From the NCBI GenBank assembly GCA_020059585.1, contig JAGVBU010000003.1, positions 879 through 64,878 of the forward strand: a DNA stretch of 64,000 nucleotides, given 5' to 3'. Position 1 is the stretch's first letter. Every line of letters begins with the position of its first letter. This document shows positions 28,429-38,585 of this stretch, in pieces. This stretch comes from Minisyncoccota bacterium (GTDB lineage: Bacteria; Patescibacteriota; Minisyncoccia; UBA6257; GWB1-50-10). Made by a program: the position numbers and the translations under genes. The notes under the pieces are model-generated. The model was not told the DNA's origin, ran no database searches, and saw nothing but the letters and a program-made list of their open reading frames with translations.

Positions 28429-29145
28429 ATGAGAGTAATTTCTTGGAATATATGGGGAGGGAAATATATGGATGATATCCTCTATTTTTTGAAGCGTGCT
28501 AACGCGGACGTGATTGCGCTTCAGGAAGTGATTCAGGAAGTTGATGGTACAGGAAACATTGCTGGTAAAATTGCGGAAGAGCTTGGATACGAATGGGTGT
28601 ATTTTACGACGGAGAGATTTCCTATCTCGCTTCTTGAACAGCAAAGCGGACGGGAAATTGACTGGGGAAACGCGATAGTAAGTAAATATAAAATTCTTGA
28701 AAAAAAAGTTCATATACTTTCCGAAGAGAACTCAAGAACAGCAGTTGAAGCGGTATTGGACATCGAAGGAAAACCTCTCAGTTTTTTTAGTACGCATCTT
28801 TTTCATACTCATCAAAAACCTTCTAAACTTCAGGAACTCCAAACGAGGAACCTCTTAAAAATCGTTCCTAAAGAACGGGCGATTGTTGCGGGGGATTTTA
28901 ATGCGCTTCCCGAGAGTGGTGCAATAAAAATTATGGAAGAAAAGCTTACGAATGCGGATAAGAGCGATTTTCGACCGTCGTGGAGCGTTTATCCTGACGG
29001 GTGTCGCGTTTGTAGGCCGGAAGGAATAATTTACCGACTTGATTATATTTTTGGCACGAAAGATGTTCAGTTCGATTCATTTGCAGTCGAACAATCAGAT
29101 GGCGCGGATCATCTGCCGATTTCGGTGAAATGTAGTTTTTTGTAA
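28429..29145 (+). CDS. Endonuclease/exonuclease/phosphatase (EEP) family protein
   Basis: SWNI, IALQEV, GNAIVS, THL, AGDFN, LDYIF, ADHLP. Confidence 0.92.
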   Translation: MRVISWNIWGGKYMDDILYFLKRANADVIALQEVIQEVDGTGNIAGKIAEELGYEWVYFTTERFPISLLEQQSGREIDWGNAIVSKYKILEKKVHILSEENSRTAVEAVLDIEGKPLSFFSTHLFHTHQKPSKLQELQTRNLLKIVPKERAIVAGDFNALPESGAIKIMEEKLTNADKSDFRPSWSVYPDGCRVCRPEGIIYRLDYIFGTKDVQFDSFAVEQSDGADHLPISVKCSFL

Positions 29146-29148
29146 AAT

Positions 29149-29748
29149 ATGGATGAACAAACGATAAATACATACAACGCGCTAGCGAAAGATTATGATG
29201 ATGAGACGGTTGAATTTTGGGATTTGTTTCCGAAAGAGGTTTTTGATAAATTCATTTCTTTTACGGGGAAGGGAAGAGTTCTTGATATCGGAAGCGGTCC
29301 CGGAAGGGATGCGGTTTTTCTTCGTGATCGGGGCGCGGAAGTCGTTTGCCTCGATGCGTCTGAAACAATGATTGCGATGACGTCAGAAAAGGGGTTTGAA
29401 TCGGTGCGCGCGGATTTTATGCATCTTCCTTTTTCTGACGAATCGTTTGACGGAGTATGGGCATATACCGCGCTTCTTCATATCTCGAAGGCGGACGTTC
29501 ACGCGCCGCTTGAGGAGGCGCGAAGAGTGCTTAAAAAGGGAGGAATATTCGATTTCGGGATGATCGAGGGCGAGGGGGAGATTTATCGGGAAAGTTCGGG
29601 CGTCAAATCACCGCGCCTTTTCAGTCTTTATACGAAACACGAAATGGAAACGCTTCTTCACGATCATGGATTTGAGGTGCTTCATTATGGTGAATTCAAA
29701 CCGCGTTCAAAAAATTATCTCAACTTTATTTCAAAAAAACATGATTAA
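29149..29748 (+). CDS. Class I SAM-dependent methyltransferase
   Basis: VLDIGSGPGRD; FDGVWA; RVLKKGG. Confidence 0.9.
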   Translation: MDEQTINTYNALAKDYDDETVEFWDLFPKEVFDKFISFTGKGRVLDIGSGPGRDAVFLRDRGAEVVCLDASETMIAMTSEKGFESVRADFMHLPFSDESFDGVWAYTALLHISKADVHAPLEEARRVLKKGGIFDFGMIEGEGEIYRESSGVKSPRLFSLYTKHEMETLLHDHGFEVLHYGEFKPRSKNYLNFISKKHD

Positions 29749-30403
29749 AGCGGCAATATTTGATATGGACGGATTGATGTTCGATACAGAATCGGCATAT
29801 TCCATCGTGCAGACGAAAATGTTCGCGCGACGGGGTATGGTGTTTACGAATGATATAAAACGGACACTTATGGGAAAGCGAGCGCGAGAAGTTATGGAGA
29901 GTTTGAATGAATTATGGGGCAGGAATGAGCACGTTGAAGAGCTTCTTGAAGAGCAGGATAAAGAATTGATTTGTGTATATAAAGAATCAGTGGAAAAACT
30001 TAAAGGACTTGATACTATTTTGGTGTTTCTTGAAAAAGAAAAGATACGAAAATGTATCGGGACGTCATCACGAAAATTTCTTGTCGATATACTTTTTGAA
30101 AAATTCGATATGGGTCGGGAATTCGAGTTTGTTGTCACGGGTGATGAGGTAAAAAAGGGAAAACCAGACCCGGAAATATATATCGCGTGCGTTTCGCGTC
30201 TCGGTGTTTTTCCAGATGAATGTATCGTTTTCGAAGATTCACTGAACGGTATAAAAGCCGCGCGCGGCGCAGGATGCAAAACATGCGCGATTCCTTCGGA
30301 ATATACAAAAGAAGAAGACTTTTCAATTGCTGATATAGTGTGCAATTCTCTGGAAGATCCTGCGATACGGAATTTCATCACATCGGTTACGAGTGTGAAG
30401 TAA
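29741..30403 (+). CDS. HAD-family phosphatase
   Basis: IFDMDGLMFDTE; GKPDPEIY; FEDSLNG; start at MIKAA. Confidence 0.92.
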   Translation: MIKAAIFDMDGLMFDTESAYSIVQTKMFARRGMVFTNDIKRTLMGKRAREVMESLNELWGRNEHVEELLEEQDKELICVYKESVEKLKGLDTILVFLEKEKIRKCIGTSSRKFLVDILFEKFDMGREFEFVVTGDEVKKGKPDPEIYIACVSRLGVFPDECIVFEDSLNGIKAARGAGCKTCAIPSEYTKEEDFSIADIVCNSLEDPAIRNFITSVTSVK

Positions 30404-30455
30404 CGATAAAAATAAATACCGCACACATATGCGGTATTTTTAGTTTTATTCAATC

Positions 30456-30629
30456 TCAAAATCCTTTGAGAACGGCAACAACACCTTCTTTTTTTCTCAC
30501 AAGCATTAAGATATCTTCTTCAAATACAAGCGTTCTCTTCGGATTCCTTCTTGTGGGATCGTTTTTCTTTCTTACAAGCTCTTTAATCTTTTCGTTGATG
30601 GTTTCGATGTCAGAAATCAATCTTTCCAT
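30456..30629 (-). CDS. 57-aa hypothetical protein (MERLISDIETINEK...VLKGF), below ORF-track cutoff
   Basis: Hand translation; fills the gap between a bidirectional hairpin and a divergent gene; AGGA and TTGACA upstream. Confidence 0.5.
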   Translation of the reverse strand: MERLISDIETINEKIKELVRKKNDPTRRNPKRTLVFEEDILMLVRKKEGVVAVLKGF

Positions 30630-30716
30630 GATATTTATCCTGAATTATGTTATATGGAACTTCGATTATGGTTGCAACAAATAGAAGGAATGTCAATTTA
30701 TTGATATAATGCGGTT

Positions 30717-31319
30717 ATGAGACAAATTGTGATAATCCACGGAGGAGATAACTTTGAGACGTATGAGGAATATGTATCGTTTCTCAAAAATTTTAAGATT
30801 GATAGCATTGAGTATTTTAAAGGAAAAGATTGGAAGGCAACCTTGCAGGAACGGTTGGGGAGTGGATATGAGGTTATCGCGCCGCGCATGCCGAACGCGC
30901 TGAATGCGCGGTATGCGGAGTGGAAGATATGGTTTGAAAAACTCATCCCTTTTCTTACTGACGGAGTAATTCTCATCGGTCATTCGCTCGGCGGAACATT
31001 TCTCGCAAAATATCTTTCGGAGAAAAAACTTCCAGTCACGATTGCGGCGACTTTTCTTTTGGGTGCTCCTTTTGATGACGAGGGGAGCGACGAATCGCTT
31101 GTTGATTTCGCGCTTCCGCAATCGCTCAGTCTTTTTGGAGAGCAGGGGGGAAAGATATTCGTATATCACAGCGCGGATGATCCGGTAGTTGATTACTTCC
31201 AGCAGCGGAAATTTCTGAAAGCGCTTCCACACGCGCTCCCCATAACCTTCGACGGCAGGGGACATTTCAGGCAGGAGGAATTTCCCGAACTCATAAAAGA
31301 TATCCGAAGCATAGAATAA
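30717..31319 (+). CDS. Alpha/beta hydrolase, RBBP9/YdeN family
   Basis: IIHGG, GHSLGG, HSADDPVV, GHF. Confidence 0.9.
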   Translation: MRQIVIIHGGDNFETYEEYVSFLKNFKIDSIEYFKGKDWKATLQERLGSGYEVIAPRMPNALNARYAEWKIWFEKLIPFLTDGVILIGHSLGGTFLAKYLSEKKLPVTIAATFLLGAPFDDEGSDESLVDFALPQSLSLFGEQGGKIFVYHSADDPVVDYFQQRKFLKALPHALPITFDGRGHFRQEEFPELIKDIRSIE

Positions 31320-31327
31320 AAAAGCGG

Positions 31328-32104
31328 CTAGGTTTTCCTTGCCGCTACAAAGACCCCGAAGGGGTTCTTTTTGAATAATTGTATAAGTTCGACGACTTCC
31401 TTGTTTTTTGTTTTTGAGAGAACAGTTTTTTCGATGTTACTCGGAAGAACGGCATCCCTCATTTCAAGGACATCGAATCCCGCGCTTCGGTTCATAAGAT
31501 GTATTTCCGGCCAGTCGAGGCGAAAGAGAGGGAGTGATTCCCCGAACTCCTTTTCTCCCCATACGTCGATATCTAGGGGATAAAAGTAATTTTTCGTTCG
31601 TCCCGTAAATTGTCCGGTTTGTTCGTCCATATACCAATGTCTCATGAAAAAAGGATGACAGCATGAATATATCCAGAATCCTCCGGGTTTCAGAATTTCA
31701 TATATTGCCCGAACAGTATGTGCCTGACCCTCTTTCGGAAGATAATGCAAGGCGAAATTCGAAAATACCGCATCGAATGTGTGAGGATTGAAATATTTTT
31801 CTGCTTGATGCATTGACCCAAGCGTCAAATTGGTGCATCCGCGTTCGGACGCGATCGCGAGCAGTTTGTCTGAGATATCTAATCCATACGTGAGTGCTCC
31901 GCGCGTTTCCATTGCTTTCATAAGTCCTCCGGGACCGCATCCAAGGTCAAGGACCGTAGCGCCCTTGAATTGGAAACCGTAGTGTGTTGCGATGGAAATG
32001 AGTCCGGTGTGCATAATTTCCTCGTTGAAGAATCGAGCGCCGGAAAAATACGCATTCGCAATCTTGTTATACGATGCTCTTACACCATCTACTATCCCTT
32101 TCAT
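31328..32104 (-). CDS. Class I SAM-dependent methyltransferase
   Basis: VLDLGCGPG; GLDIS; ILKPGG; GGAGG SD. Confidence 0.88.
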   Translation of the reverse strand: MKGIVDGVRASYNKIANAYFSGARFFNEEIMHTGLISIATHYGFQFKGATVLDLGCGPGGLMKAMETRGALTYGLDISDKLLAIASERGCTNLTLGSMHQAEKYFNPHTFDAVFSNFALHYLPKEGQAHTVRAIYEILKPGGFWIYSCCHPFFMRHWYMDEQTGQFTGRTKNYFYPLDIDVWGEKEFGESLPLFRLDWPEIHLMNRSAGFDVLEMRDAVLPSNIEKTVLSKTKNKEVVELIQLFKKNPFGVFVAARKT

Positions 32105-32173
32105 ATATTCCTCCGTTTTTAATAATCTTCACTTATAGTGCACTAGGGGAGTCCTGTATGCAATCCCGTCAAC

Positions 32174-32203
32174 TTTTACGGCTGTGTATAACTTTCCGTA
32201 AAA
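32174..32203. promoter_or_regulatory. Inverted repeat over the lexA promoter, candidate operator
   Basis: TTTTACGG-N14-CCGTAAAA immediately upstream of TGCTATATT -10. Confidence 0.45.
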
Positions 32204-32221
32204 ATATGCTATATTTAGAAT

Positions 32222-32881
32222 ATGCACAAAATACAAGAAGCGCTTCTCCGCGCGGCGCAGGAAAAAAATCTCGGTCAATATACGCTCCGTGAGATAGGGT
32301 CGTTTATCGGCGAGTCTTCGCCTCAGAAGATAAAGCATCACTTGCTCCAGCTTGAGACGAAGGGGCTTATTAAAATAGACAAGATAAAGGGTCTTATAAA
32401 GAAAACAAGACAGGAATGGGAACGAAGTCTTTCCGGAAATACAAAACTTCTCACTATTCCAATTCTCGGGTCGGCAAACGCCGGTCCCGCGAAAATATTC
32501 GCGGAAACGAATATTGAGGGATTTTTGCGTATTTCAAGTTCTCTCCTTGCTCCTGTAAAAACGAAAGAACCCAGATTCTTCGCGCTCAAGGTTTCGGGAC
32601 CGAGTATGAATCGTGCCGAGATTGGCGGGAAGCGGATCGAGGACGGTGATTATGTTATCGTTGATGTGAGCGATAAGCATGTGCGGAACGGCGATATCGT
32701 CCTTTCTATTATCGACGGGATGGCGAATATAAAGAAATTCTATCTCGACAAGAAGAACAATCAGGTGATTCTTATGTCCCAATCAACGAAAGATTTCCCT
32801 CCTATTTATATCCACGAAGACGATGACTTTATGATCAACGGAAAAGTGGTGCAGGTCATCAAGAGGCCGAAAATACGATAA
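32222..32881 (+). CDS. lexA: LexA-like repressor (wHTH + S24 peptidase)
   Basis: TLREIG..HHLLQLETKGLI; IPILGSANAG (Ala-Gly site); VSGPSM (Ser); NIKK (Lys). Confidence 0.82.
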   Translation: MHKIQEALLRAAQEKNLGQYTLREIGSFIGESSPQKIKHHLLQLETKGLIKIDKIKGLIKKTRQEWERSLSGNTKLLTIPILGSANAGPAKIFAETNIEGFLRISSSLLAPVKTKEPRFFALKVSGPSMNRAEIGGKRIEDGDYVIVDVSDKHVRNGDIVLSIIDGMANIKKFYLDKKNNQVILMSQSTKDFPPIYIHEDDDFMINGKVVQVIKRPKIR

Positions 32882-32916
32882 GGCGGCTTGGAGAGCTACA
32901 AAAAAACCGCGTGCTT

Positions 32917-33516
32917 TTATGAAGCAGGGGCGGTTTTTGAATATTTATGAAATACAAGAAGCATGATTGGAATAATGATAATGCTTCTTATGGAGTATAT
33001 TAGGGACAGTGTATTCCCGTTCATCCACGCGGGATAGAGCGCGACAATAGCGGATACAAGGAACAGTATCCAGCTTTTGTATGGCTCATTCCTCTTTCGT
33101 TCTTTTCTCGCTTTTTTTATCGTAGGCCAGTATCCGAGCGTGATGAGTGCCTGCGAAAAATAATTTGCCCATATCGCATCTTTGGAGAGTATCCAGAAGA
33201 GCACGATGGCGCCGGCAAGAGAAAAGAAGATTGCATCGAATCGATCGAACGACATCTTCGGATTTTTTGAAAAAATGAACCCGAGGATGGCAATGCACAT
33301 CAGAAAGTCTCCGACATTCAACACATTACTCACCACGCTTATCTCCGTCGCCTTAAAGACGGAGAGCACGCTGAGCAGCGTTCCTACGGAAAAGAGACCC
33401 CATGTGCCGACAGCCGGAGATGACTCTCTTTTTATCGCGCGGATATAATCATATCCCGCGTAAAAATAGATGCCATACACCGCAATCGTCGCGACAAGTA
33501 CCGTGAATTTCTCCAC
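32917..33516 (-). CDS. Membrane protein (about 7 TM, PQ-loop-like)
   Basis: Hydrophobic; LGYWPTIKK; GTG start, AAGGAGG SD, TTGATT-N17-TATAAT. Confidence 0.75.
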   Translation of the reverse strand: MEKFTVLVATIAVYGIYFYAGYDYIRAIKRESSPAVGTWGLFSVGTLLSVLSVFKATEISVVSNVLNVGDFLMCIAILGFIFSKNPKMSFDRFDAIFFSLAGAIVLFWILSKDAIWANYFSQALITLGYWPTIKKARKERKRNEPYKSWILFLVSAIVALYPAWMNGNTLSLIYSIRSIIIIPIMLLVFHKYSKTAPAS

Positions 33517-33679
33517 GTCTCCTCCTTACGATATGTGAATTTTTACTGTACAAATTATAAAATATTTCTTGTATAAAATCAAGTATGCGTCTGCTGCGCT
33601 AGGGCGTATATGCGCGTGATAGCTTTGTATAATAAAAAACACCCTTTGATGAAGGGTGTTTTTGTAACAAGTGAAAAAA

Positions 33680-34015
33680 TTATTTCTCCGTACTTGTCGT
33701 GTTTTCTTCGAGATACCAGAAATTCTTGTCGCGAGGCATCATTTTTCCGGGACCGAAATCATCCCCGTAACTCTCGTCATAGTATCCGTTGAACATCATC
33801 GGATACGCGCTGCGATACATTCCGCATTTGATTCCGTGTCCGTATCCGTAGATCGCGCTCTTAAATTCGCCGAGCTTCACTCCAAGAGAGAATACGACGG
33901 CAAGAATGAGTATGCCTAATATCCAACGCGCCCAGATATATCCCTTTCCGTTGCAGCACCATTTTCCGCATATGGTTTCGCAACACCCGTGCATCTCCTT
34001 TTTTGTTTCTTCCAT
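33680..34015 (-). CDS. Single-TM hypothetical protein
   Basis: RWILGILILAVVFSLGVKLGEFK; Met/Tyr/Gly-rich tail. Confidence 0.75.
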   Translation of the reverse strand: MEETKKEMHGCCETICGKWCCNGKGYIWARWILGILILAVVFSLGVKLGEFKSAIYGYGHGIKCGMYRSAYPMMFNGYYDESYGDDFGPGKMMPRDKNFWYLEENTTSTEK

Positions 34016-34154
34016 ATATATTTTGAATGTTTTTTTTGACCTTTTTCCGTATTATATACTACGTGCGGAAACCATGCTTTCTTTCGCGTGTTTTTTTGAC
34101 CTGTTTCGCGCGGGGATGTAGGATGAGGAAAGTATATTTCTGTGAGGATAAACT

Positions 34155-34568
34155 ATGAAAAAAGTTTCACGTGCAATTATATTGAACGAAAAATGGGAGG
34201 TGCTCCTTGGAATGAGGATACGGAACAAAGGTGAGGGACAGTGGGCGCTCATCGGCGGAAAGCCGGACGAGGGGGAATCACCGGAGGACGCGGTGGTGAG
34301 GGAAGTAGCTGAAGAGATTGGAGTCATATTCCACCCTTCATTTTTCGAGGATAGAATCACGCAGCTTCCCGGAGAGGAAGAACCGTGGCACCTTTCCGTA
34401 TTCTATGGACCAATAGAGGGAACTCCCGTGTTGAAAGAGGATGAGGTGCGCGCGCTTCAATATTTTTCAAGAGAGGAAATACGCTCCATGGCGCTTGCGT
34501 TCAATCATTGCGAGGTTCTTGAGAGATTTTTTTCTTCGGAGTTTTACATTTCCCGCCGCCCCACATGA
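34155..34568 (+). CDS. NUDIX hydrolase
   Basis: GGKPDEGESPEDAVVREVAEEIG Nudix box. Confidence 0.92.
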   Translation: MKKVSRAIILNEKWEVLLGMRIRNKGEGQWALIGGKPDEGESPEDAVVREVAEEIGVIFHPSFFEDRITQLPGEEEPWHLSVFYGPIEGTPVLKEDEVRALQYFSREEIRSMALAFNHCEVLERFFSSEFYISRRPT

Positions 34569-34594
34569 GGCGGTTTTTTTGTTATACTGTCTCT

Positions 34595-34912
34595 ATGGAT
34601 AAAAAAAATATCATTGCGCGCGCGGGAGGGAATGCGTGCCTTGTTGCGTTATATGTGATCGCGGTTCCATTTCTTATGCAATATGTAGGCGAGCGTCAGA
34701 TAGAAGAGAAGATGGGATCGTTCGCTCCGGCGGTATTCCTTCTTCTCTTTGTTTTCTCCGCGGCGTTTATGGCGGTAGTGGTATTCGGGAAGCCCGCGCT
34801 TCTTTATCTTGAGGGACATAAGAAAGAAGGGGTGTCTCTTGCGCTTGCAACGGTGGGATTCATCGGGGTGATGCTTGTGATCGCCCTCGCGGCCGTGCTT
34901 CTCATTGTGTAG
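34595..34912 (+). CDS. Membrane protein (3 TM)
   Basis: LLLFVFSAA..VFGKPALLYL; TGTTATACT six nt before ATG. Confidence 0.78.
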   Translation: MDKKNIIARAGGNACLVALYVIAVPFLMQYVGERQIEEKMGSFAPAVFLLLFVFSAAFMAVVVFGKPALLYLEGHKKEGVSLALATVGFIGVMLVIALAAVLLIV

Positions 34913-34934
34913 TTTTCGCCAAATACGTCATTTT

Positions 34935-36149
34935 ATGTACCATCCTGATAAAAAAATACTCAGCGCGTATGCCGATGTACTTGTGAACTTCGCGCTTGGC
35001 GGGGGAAGGGGAATCCGGAAGGGCGATGTTGTGTATGTGGCGGCGTATGAATATTCAAAACCTCTCTATGTGGAGATTTTGCGTGCCATCACGAGAGCAG
35101 GAGGAAATACAATCTCTCACTATATGCCGAACGTTGATCGCACATTTGATATCACGCGCGATTTTTATGCGAATGCCCGAGCGCACCAGATAAATTTTTT
35201 TCCGGGAAAATACTTGCGCGGACTTATCGATGAGATTGATCATTCCATATTTATTCTGAGCGATACCGATATGGAAGCATTAAAAGGAATTCCTCCCGCA
35301 AAAATTATGGCGCAGAGCAAGGCATTTAAGCCGTATCGCGAATGGCGCGAAGAAAAAGAAAACAAGGGAAAGTTTTCATGGACGCTTGCACTCTATGGAA
35401 CCGAGGCCATGGCAAGGGAAGCGGGACTCTCGGAAAAAGAATATTGGGACCAGATCATCAATGCCTGTTTCCTTAAGGATAAAAATCCTATCGCAACGTG
35501 GAGGGGCGTCGAGAAAGAAATAGCCGCATATCGGAAAAGGTTAGATGCGTTGCATATTAAATCGGTGCACGTTAAGGGACCTGATGCGGATCTCCGTATT
35601 GTGATGGGGAAAAAACGGAGGTGGGAGGGCGGTGGAGGCGCAAATATTCCGAGTTTTGAAATATTCACTTCTCCTGATTGGCGCGGGACGAACGGATGGA
35701 TGCGGTTCAATAATCCCGTGTACACCCAGGGACATCTTATTTCCGGCATTTTTCTCGAATTCAAAAACGGCATCGTCGTGAACGCGAAAGCGAAGAAAAA
35801 CGCGAAATTTCTTGAGGAGTTCATCAGGGTTTCTGGCGCCAATCGCATCGGCGAATTTTCCATGACCGATCGGCGTTTTTCGCGTATTACAAAATTCATG
35901 GCGGAAACGCTCTATGATGAGAATATCGGAGGACCGCACGGGAATATGCACATTGCGCTCGGGAATTCATTTCATTCGTGTTATGACGGGAATCCTGCGC
36001 GCGTGAAGAAATCAACGTGGGAAAAACTAGGATTCAATGATTCGGCGATGCATCAGGACATTGTTTCAACGTCTCCGCGGACGATTACCGCAATGCTTTC
36101 CAATGGAAGGGAGAGAGTTATCTATAAAGATGGAATGTTGGTATTATAA
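34935..36149 (+). CDS. Aminopeptidase, peptidase M29 (AmpS/AmpT-like)
   Basis: NIPSFEIFTSP, IGEFS, LYDENIGG, HIALG, NDSAMHQD. Confidence 0.92.
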   Translation: MYHPDKKILSAYADVLVNFALGGGRGIRKGDVVYVAAYEYSKPLYVEILRAITRAGGNTISHYMPNVDRTFDITRDFYANARAHQINFFPGKYLRGLIDEIDHSIFILSDTDMEALKGIPPAKIMAQSKAFKPYREWREEKENKGKFSWTLALYGTEAMAREAGLSEKEYWDQIINACFLKDKNPIATWRGVEKEIAAYRKRLDALHIKSVHVKGPDADLRIVMGKKRRWEGGGGANIPSFEIFTSPDWRGTNGWMRFNNPVYTQGHLISGIFLEFKNGIVVNAKAKKNAKFLEEFIRVSGANRIGEFSMTDRRFSRITKFMAETLYDENIGGPHGNMHIALGNSFHSCYDGNPARVKKSTWEKLGFNDSAMHQDIVSTSPRTITAMLSNGRERVIYKDGMLVL

Positions 36150-36168
36150 TTGGAATATCTGATTTGTT

Positions 36169-36759
36169 ATGAATAAAAAAATATTTATCCTTCTTGGACA
36201 CCCCGATGATGAGAGCTATTGCGGCGCGCTCTTTCGCTCGTATGAAGCGGGCGCGCGGGAGGGAGGGCACGAGGTGCGAATTCAGTCACTTCAGCGAATG
36301 GATTTCAACGCGAATCTGGAGTATGGATACAACGCGATTCAGGAACTTGAACCGGATCTTCGCATGTTCCAGGAAAATATCCGTTGGGCGGAGCATATCG
36401 TGATTGTGTTTCCCATCTGGTGGGGAACCTTTCCTTCGCGGCTTAAGGGGGTTTTTGACAGGGCGATTCTTCCCGGTTTCGGGTTCAAATATTACAAAAA
36501 GAACGGGATTTTCTGGCGCCGGCTTCTCAAGGGAAAAAGCGCGCGGCTCATCATCACGATGGGAATGCCGCGGATCGCGTATCTTCTCACGTCGCTGTAT
36601 GTCATTCCCGGTGTCCGTCTTCTTAAATACGGTATCTTGAAATTTTGCGGGATTTCGCCGGTTTATACATCCTCGATCTCAAGGGTACTTGCCGCGTCTC
36701 CGGAGAAACGGGAACGATTTCTTGCTAAAATAAAGAAGCTTGGGATAAAAGGAAAATAA
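36169..36759 (+). CDS. NAD(P)H-dependent oxidoreductase, flavodoxin-like fold
   Basis: LGHP; FPIWWG..P..LKGVFDR; GKSARLIITMG. Confidence 0.9.
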   Translation: MNKKIFILLGHPDDESYCGALFRSYEAGAREGGHEVRIQSLQRMDFNANLEYGYNAIQELEPDLRMFQENIRWAEHIVIVFPIWWGTFPSRLKGVFDRAILPGFGFKYYKKNGIFWRRLLKGKSARLIITMGMPRIAYLLTSLYVIPGVRLLKYGILKFCGISPVYTSSISRVLAASPEKRERFLAKIKKLGIKGK

Positions 36760-36787
36760 AAAGTCGAAACAATATAAGAAAAAAAAT

Positions 36788-37183
36788 ATGAAGGGATATA
36801 TAGACAACATAGAAAAAGCAACGAAGGAGAATATGAATTTTAGGAAGGTTCTCTACACGGCGGTGCACACGCAGCTTGTCGTGATGCATTTGAACCCCGG
36901 CGAGGAGATTGGGGAGGAAGTGCATGAACTCGCGCAGTTTATCCGCGTTGAGGAGGGGAAGGGAGTTGCGATATTAGATGGTGTCACAACGCCGGTTGAG
37001 GATGATTTCGCGATTATCGTGCCCGCGGGAGCGATGCACAACATAATAAACACGGGAGATGAGCCGATGAAGCTTTACACGCTCTACTCGCCGCCGGAGC
37101 ATAAGGACGGCACGATCCACGCGACGAAAGCGGATGCGGAAGCCGATACCGCCGATCATTTTGACGGAAAGACGACGGAATAG
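36788..37183 (+). CDS. Cupin domain protein
   Basis: EIGEEVH..QFIRVEEG; VPAGAMHNIIN; LYSPPEH. Confidence 0.92.
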   Translation: MKGYIDNIEKATKENMNFRKVLYTAVHTQLVVMHLNPGEEIGEEVHELAQFIRVEEGKGVAILDGVTTPVEDDFAIIVPAGAMHNIINTGDEPMKLYTLYSPPEHKDGTIHATKADAEADTADHFDGKTTE

Positions 37184-37330
37184 TTTGTAAAGTAGAGGGT
37201 TTATAAAGAAAAATCCCCGAAAGCGGGGATTTTTTGCGAGCACGTCGGAAGAAGAATATAATTGAATGACGCTGTATTAAGTGAATCATGTTCAAAAATG
37301 ATTTTATCATCCAGACAAAAGTTATTTCAT

Positions 37331-37813
37331 ATGAAAGAAAATAATTTTGAAAAAAGGGAGGAGGTGAAGACGGAAACCCTCACGGCGCGGGATCTTGTTG
37401 ATGTTATCTATAAGGGCGAATCGCTGCCGCAGGACGCGCGGTTTCTTTCCGAGAAAGACGGGGGAGTGTTCCATTATTTCGACCCGCGAAATTTGCAGGA
37501 AAATAAGGAAAATAAATTTTATTCCGTCGTAAAGGCAGACGAGGAGATCGCGGGGCTCGGGGAACTAGAAAGGAATCCGTTTGAAGAGGATGAGACGTTT
37601 TGGATAAAATTCCTTTCCGTGGATCCGAAACATCAAGGAAAGGGGTACGCGTCTCTCCTCGCGCGCGAAATATTTTCATTCGCAAAAGAGAGGGGATATA
37701 TTCTCGAAGGTTCGGCATATTCCGATGCGGGATACGAGAAATTGAAAGGACTTTTCAACGTGCTTGCCCAAGAACTTGATGTGCGTTTCAAGGATACCGA
37801 ACGGAGGATATAA
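37331..37813 (+). CDS. GNAT N-acetyltransferase
   Basis: LSVDPKHQGKGYAS acetyl-CoA motif; start at MKENN. Confidence 0.82.
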   Translation: MKENNFEKREEVKTETLTARDLVDVIYKGESLPQDARFLSEKDGGVFHYFDPRNLQENKENKFYSVVKADEEIAGLGELERNPFEEDETFWIKFLSVDPKHQGKGYASLLAREIFSFAKERGYILEGSAYSDAGYEKLKGLFNVLAQELDVRFKDTERRI

Positions 37814-37855
37814 AAAACCCGCCTTTGAGAGCGGGTATTAATGGTATGAAATTCG

Positions 37856-38359
37856 TTAGTTCAATCCGAGGAATTTGTTGAGATAATGATCTTTCTGGAA
37901 AAAGCTTTCCGGTAACTTTCCGCCGTTGCTTTTTACATTTTTGCATATATTTTTCGGCGTTGTATTGAATATATATGCCAATCCTCTTACTCCCAAGGCA
38001 ACGTCTTCTTCCGCCTTCATTCCGGAAATGGATATCTGAACGTACATTTCATTTATATATACGCCAATACTTCCGGCAAAGCGCATTCTTATTGGATCGC
38101 TCGTATTTTCCGATGATGTATCCTTCATGATGTGTGAGCGTATCGCTTTTTCCGCGGAGAAAAACATTGCGTCTTCTGAGGGGTTTTCGATTGGGAAGAA
38201 AATAAGATTTCTTGTATCGGGTTCTCTCACGAGAACTTGAATGCCGGTGCGCATTTTTCCGTCCTGACGGATACTTTGTGGTAGGGAGTTCAATGTTTCA
38301 AACATCCTTTTCATGAATTGTATGATATCCGATTTTTCGTCTTTTAGGTTGACTCTCAT
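37856..38359 (-). CDS. Hypothetical protein, weak GlcG/heme-binding-like C-terminus
   Basis: FAGSIGV...ISISGMKAEED; AGGAG SD; TTGACA-N17-TATAAT at 38413-38441. Confidence 0.65.
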   Translation of the reverse strand: MRVNLKDEKSDIIQFMKRMFETLNSLPQSIRQDGKMRTGIQVLVREPDTRNLIFFPIENPSEDAMFFSAEKAIRSHIMKDTSSENTSDPIRMRFAGSIGVYINEMYVQISISGMKAEEDVALGVRGLAYIFNTTPKNICKNVKSNGGKLPESFFQKDHYLNKFLGLN

Positions 38360-38585
38360 TATCAATCTCCTATTAGTGATGAAATAAATTTGTTTAAATT
38401 AATGCTGAGTTTATTATATATTAAAATATAGTTTATGTCAATATGTACCCACGACGTATTGACAATTATTGTTTTATATGCTTAAATGTTCCCAGCATTT
38501 CCGTATAGCGGAGATGATTTTCTTTCGGAAACGCCGGAAGAAAATTCTTTAAAAAACTAATTATTAATTATTATTTGGAGGTTCT

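Noticed and set aside
29731-30459. 242-aa minus-strand ORF
   Set aside because: Antisense mirror of the HAD phosphatase gene
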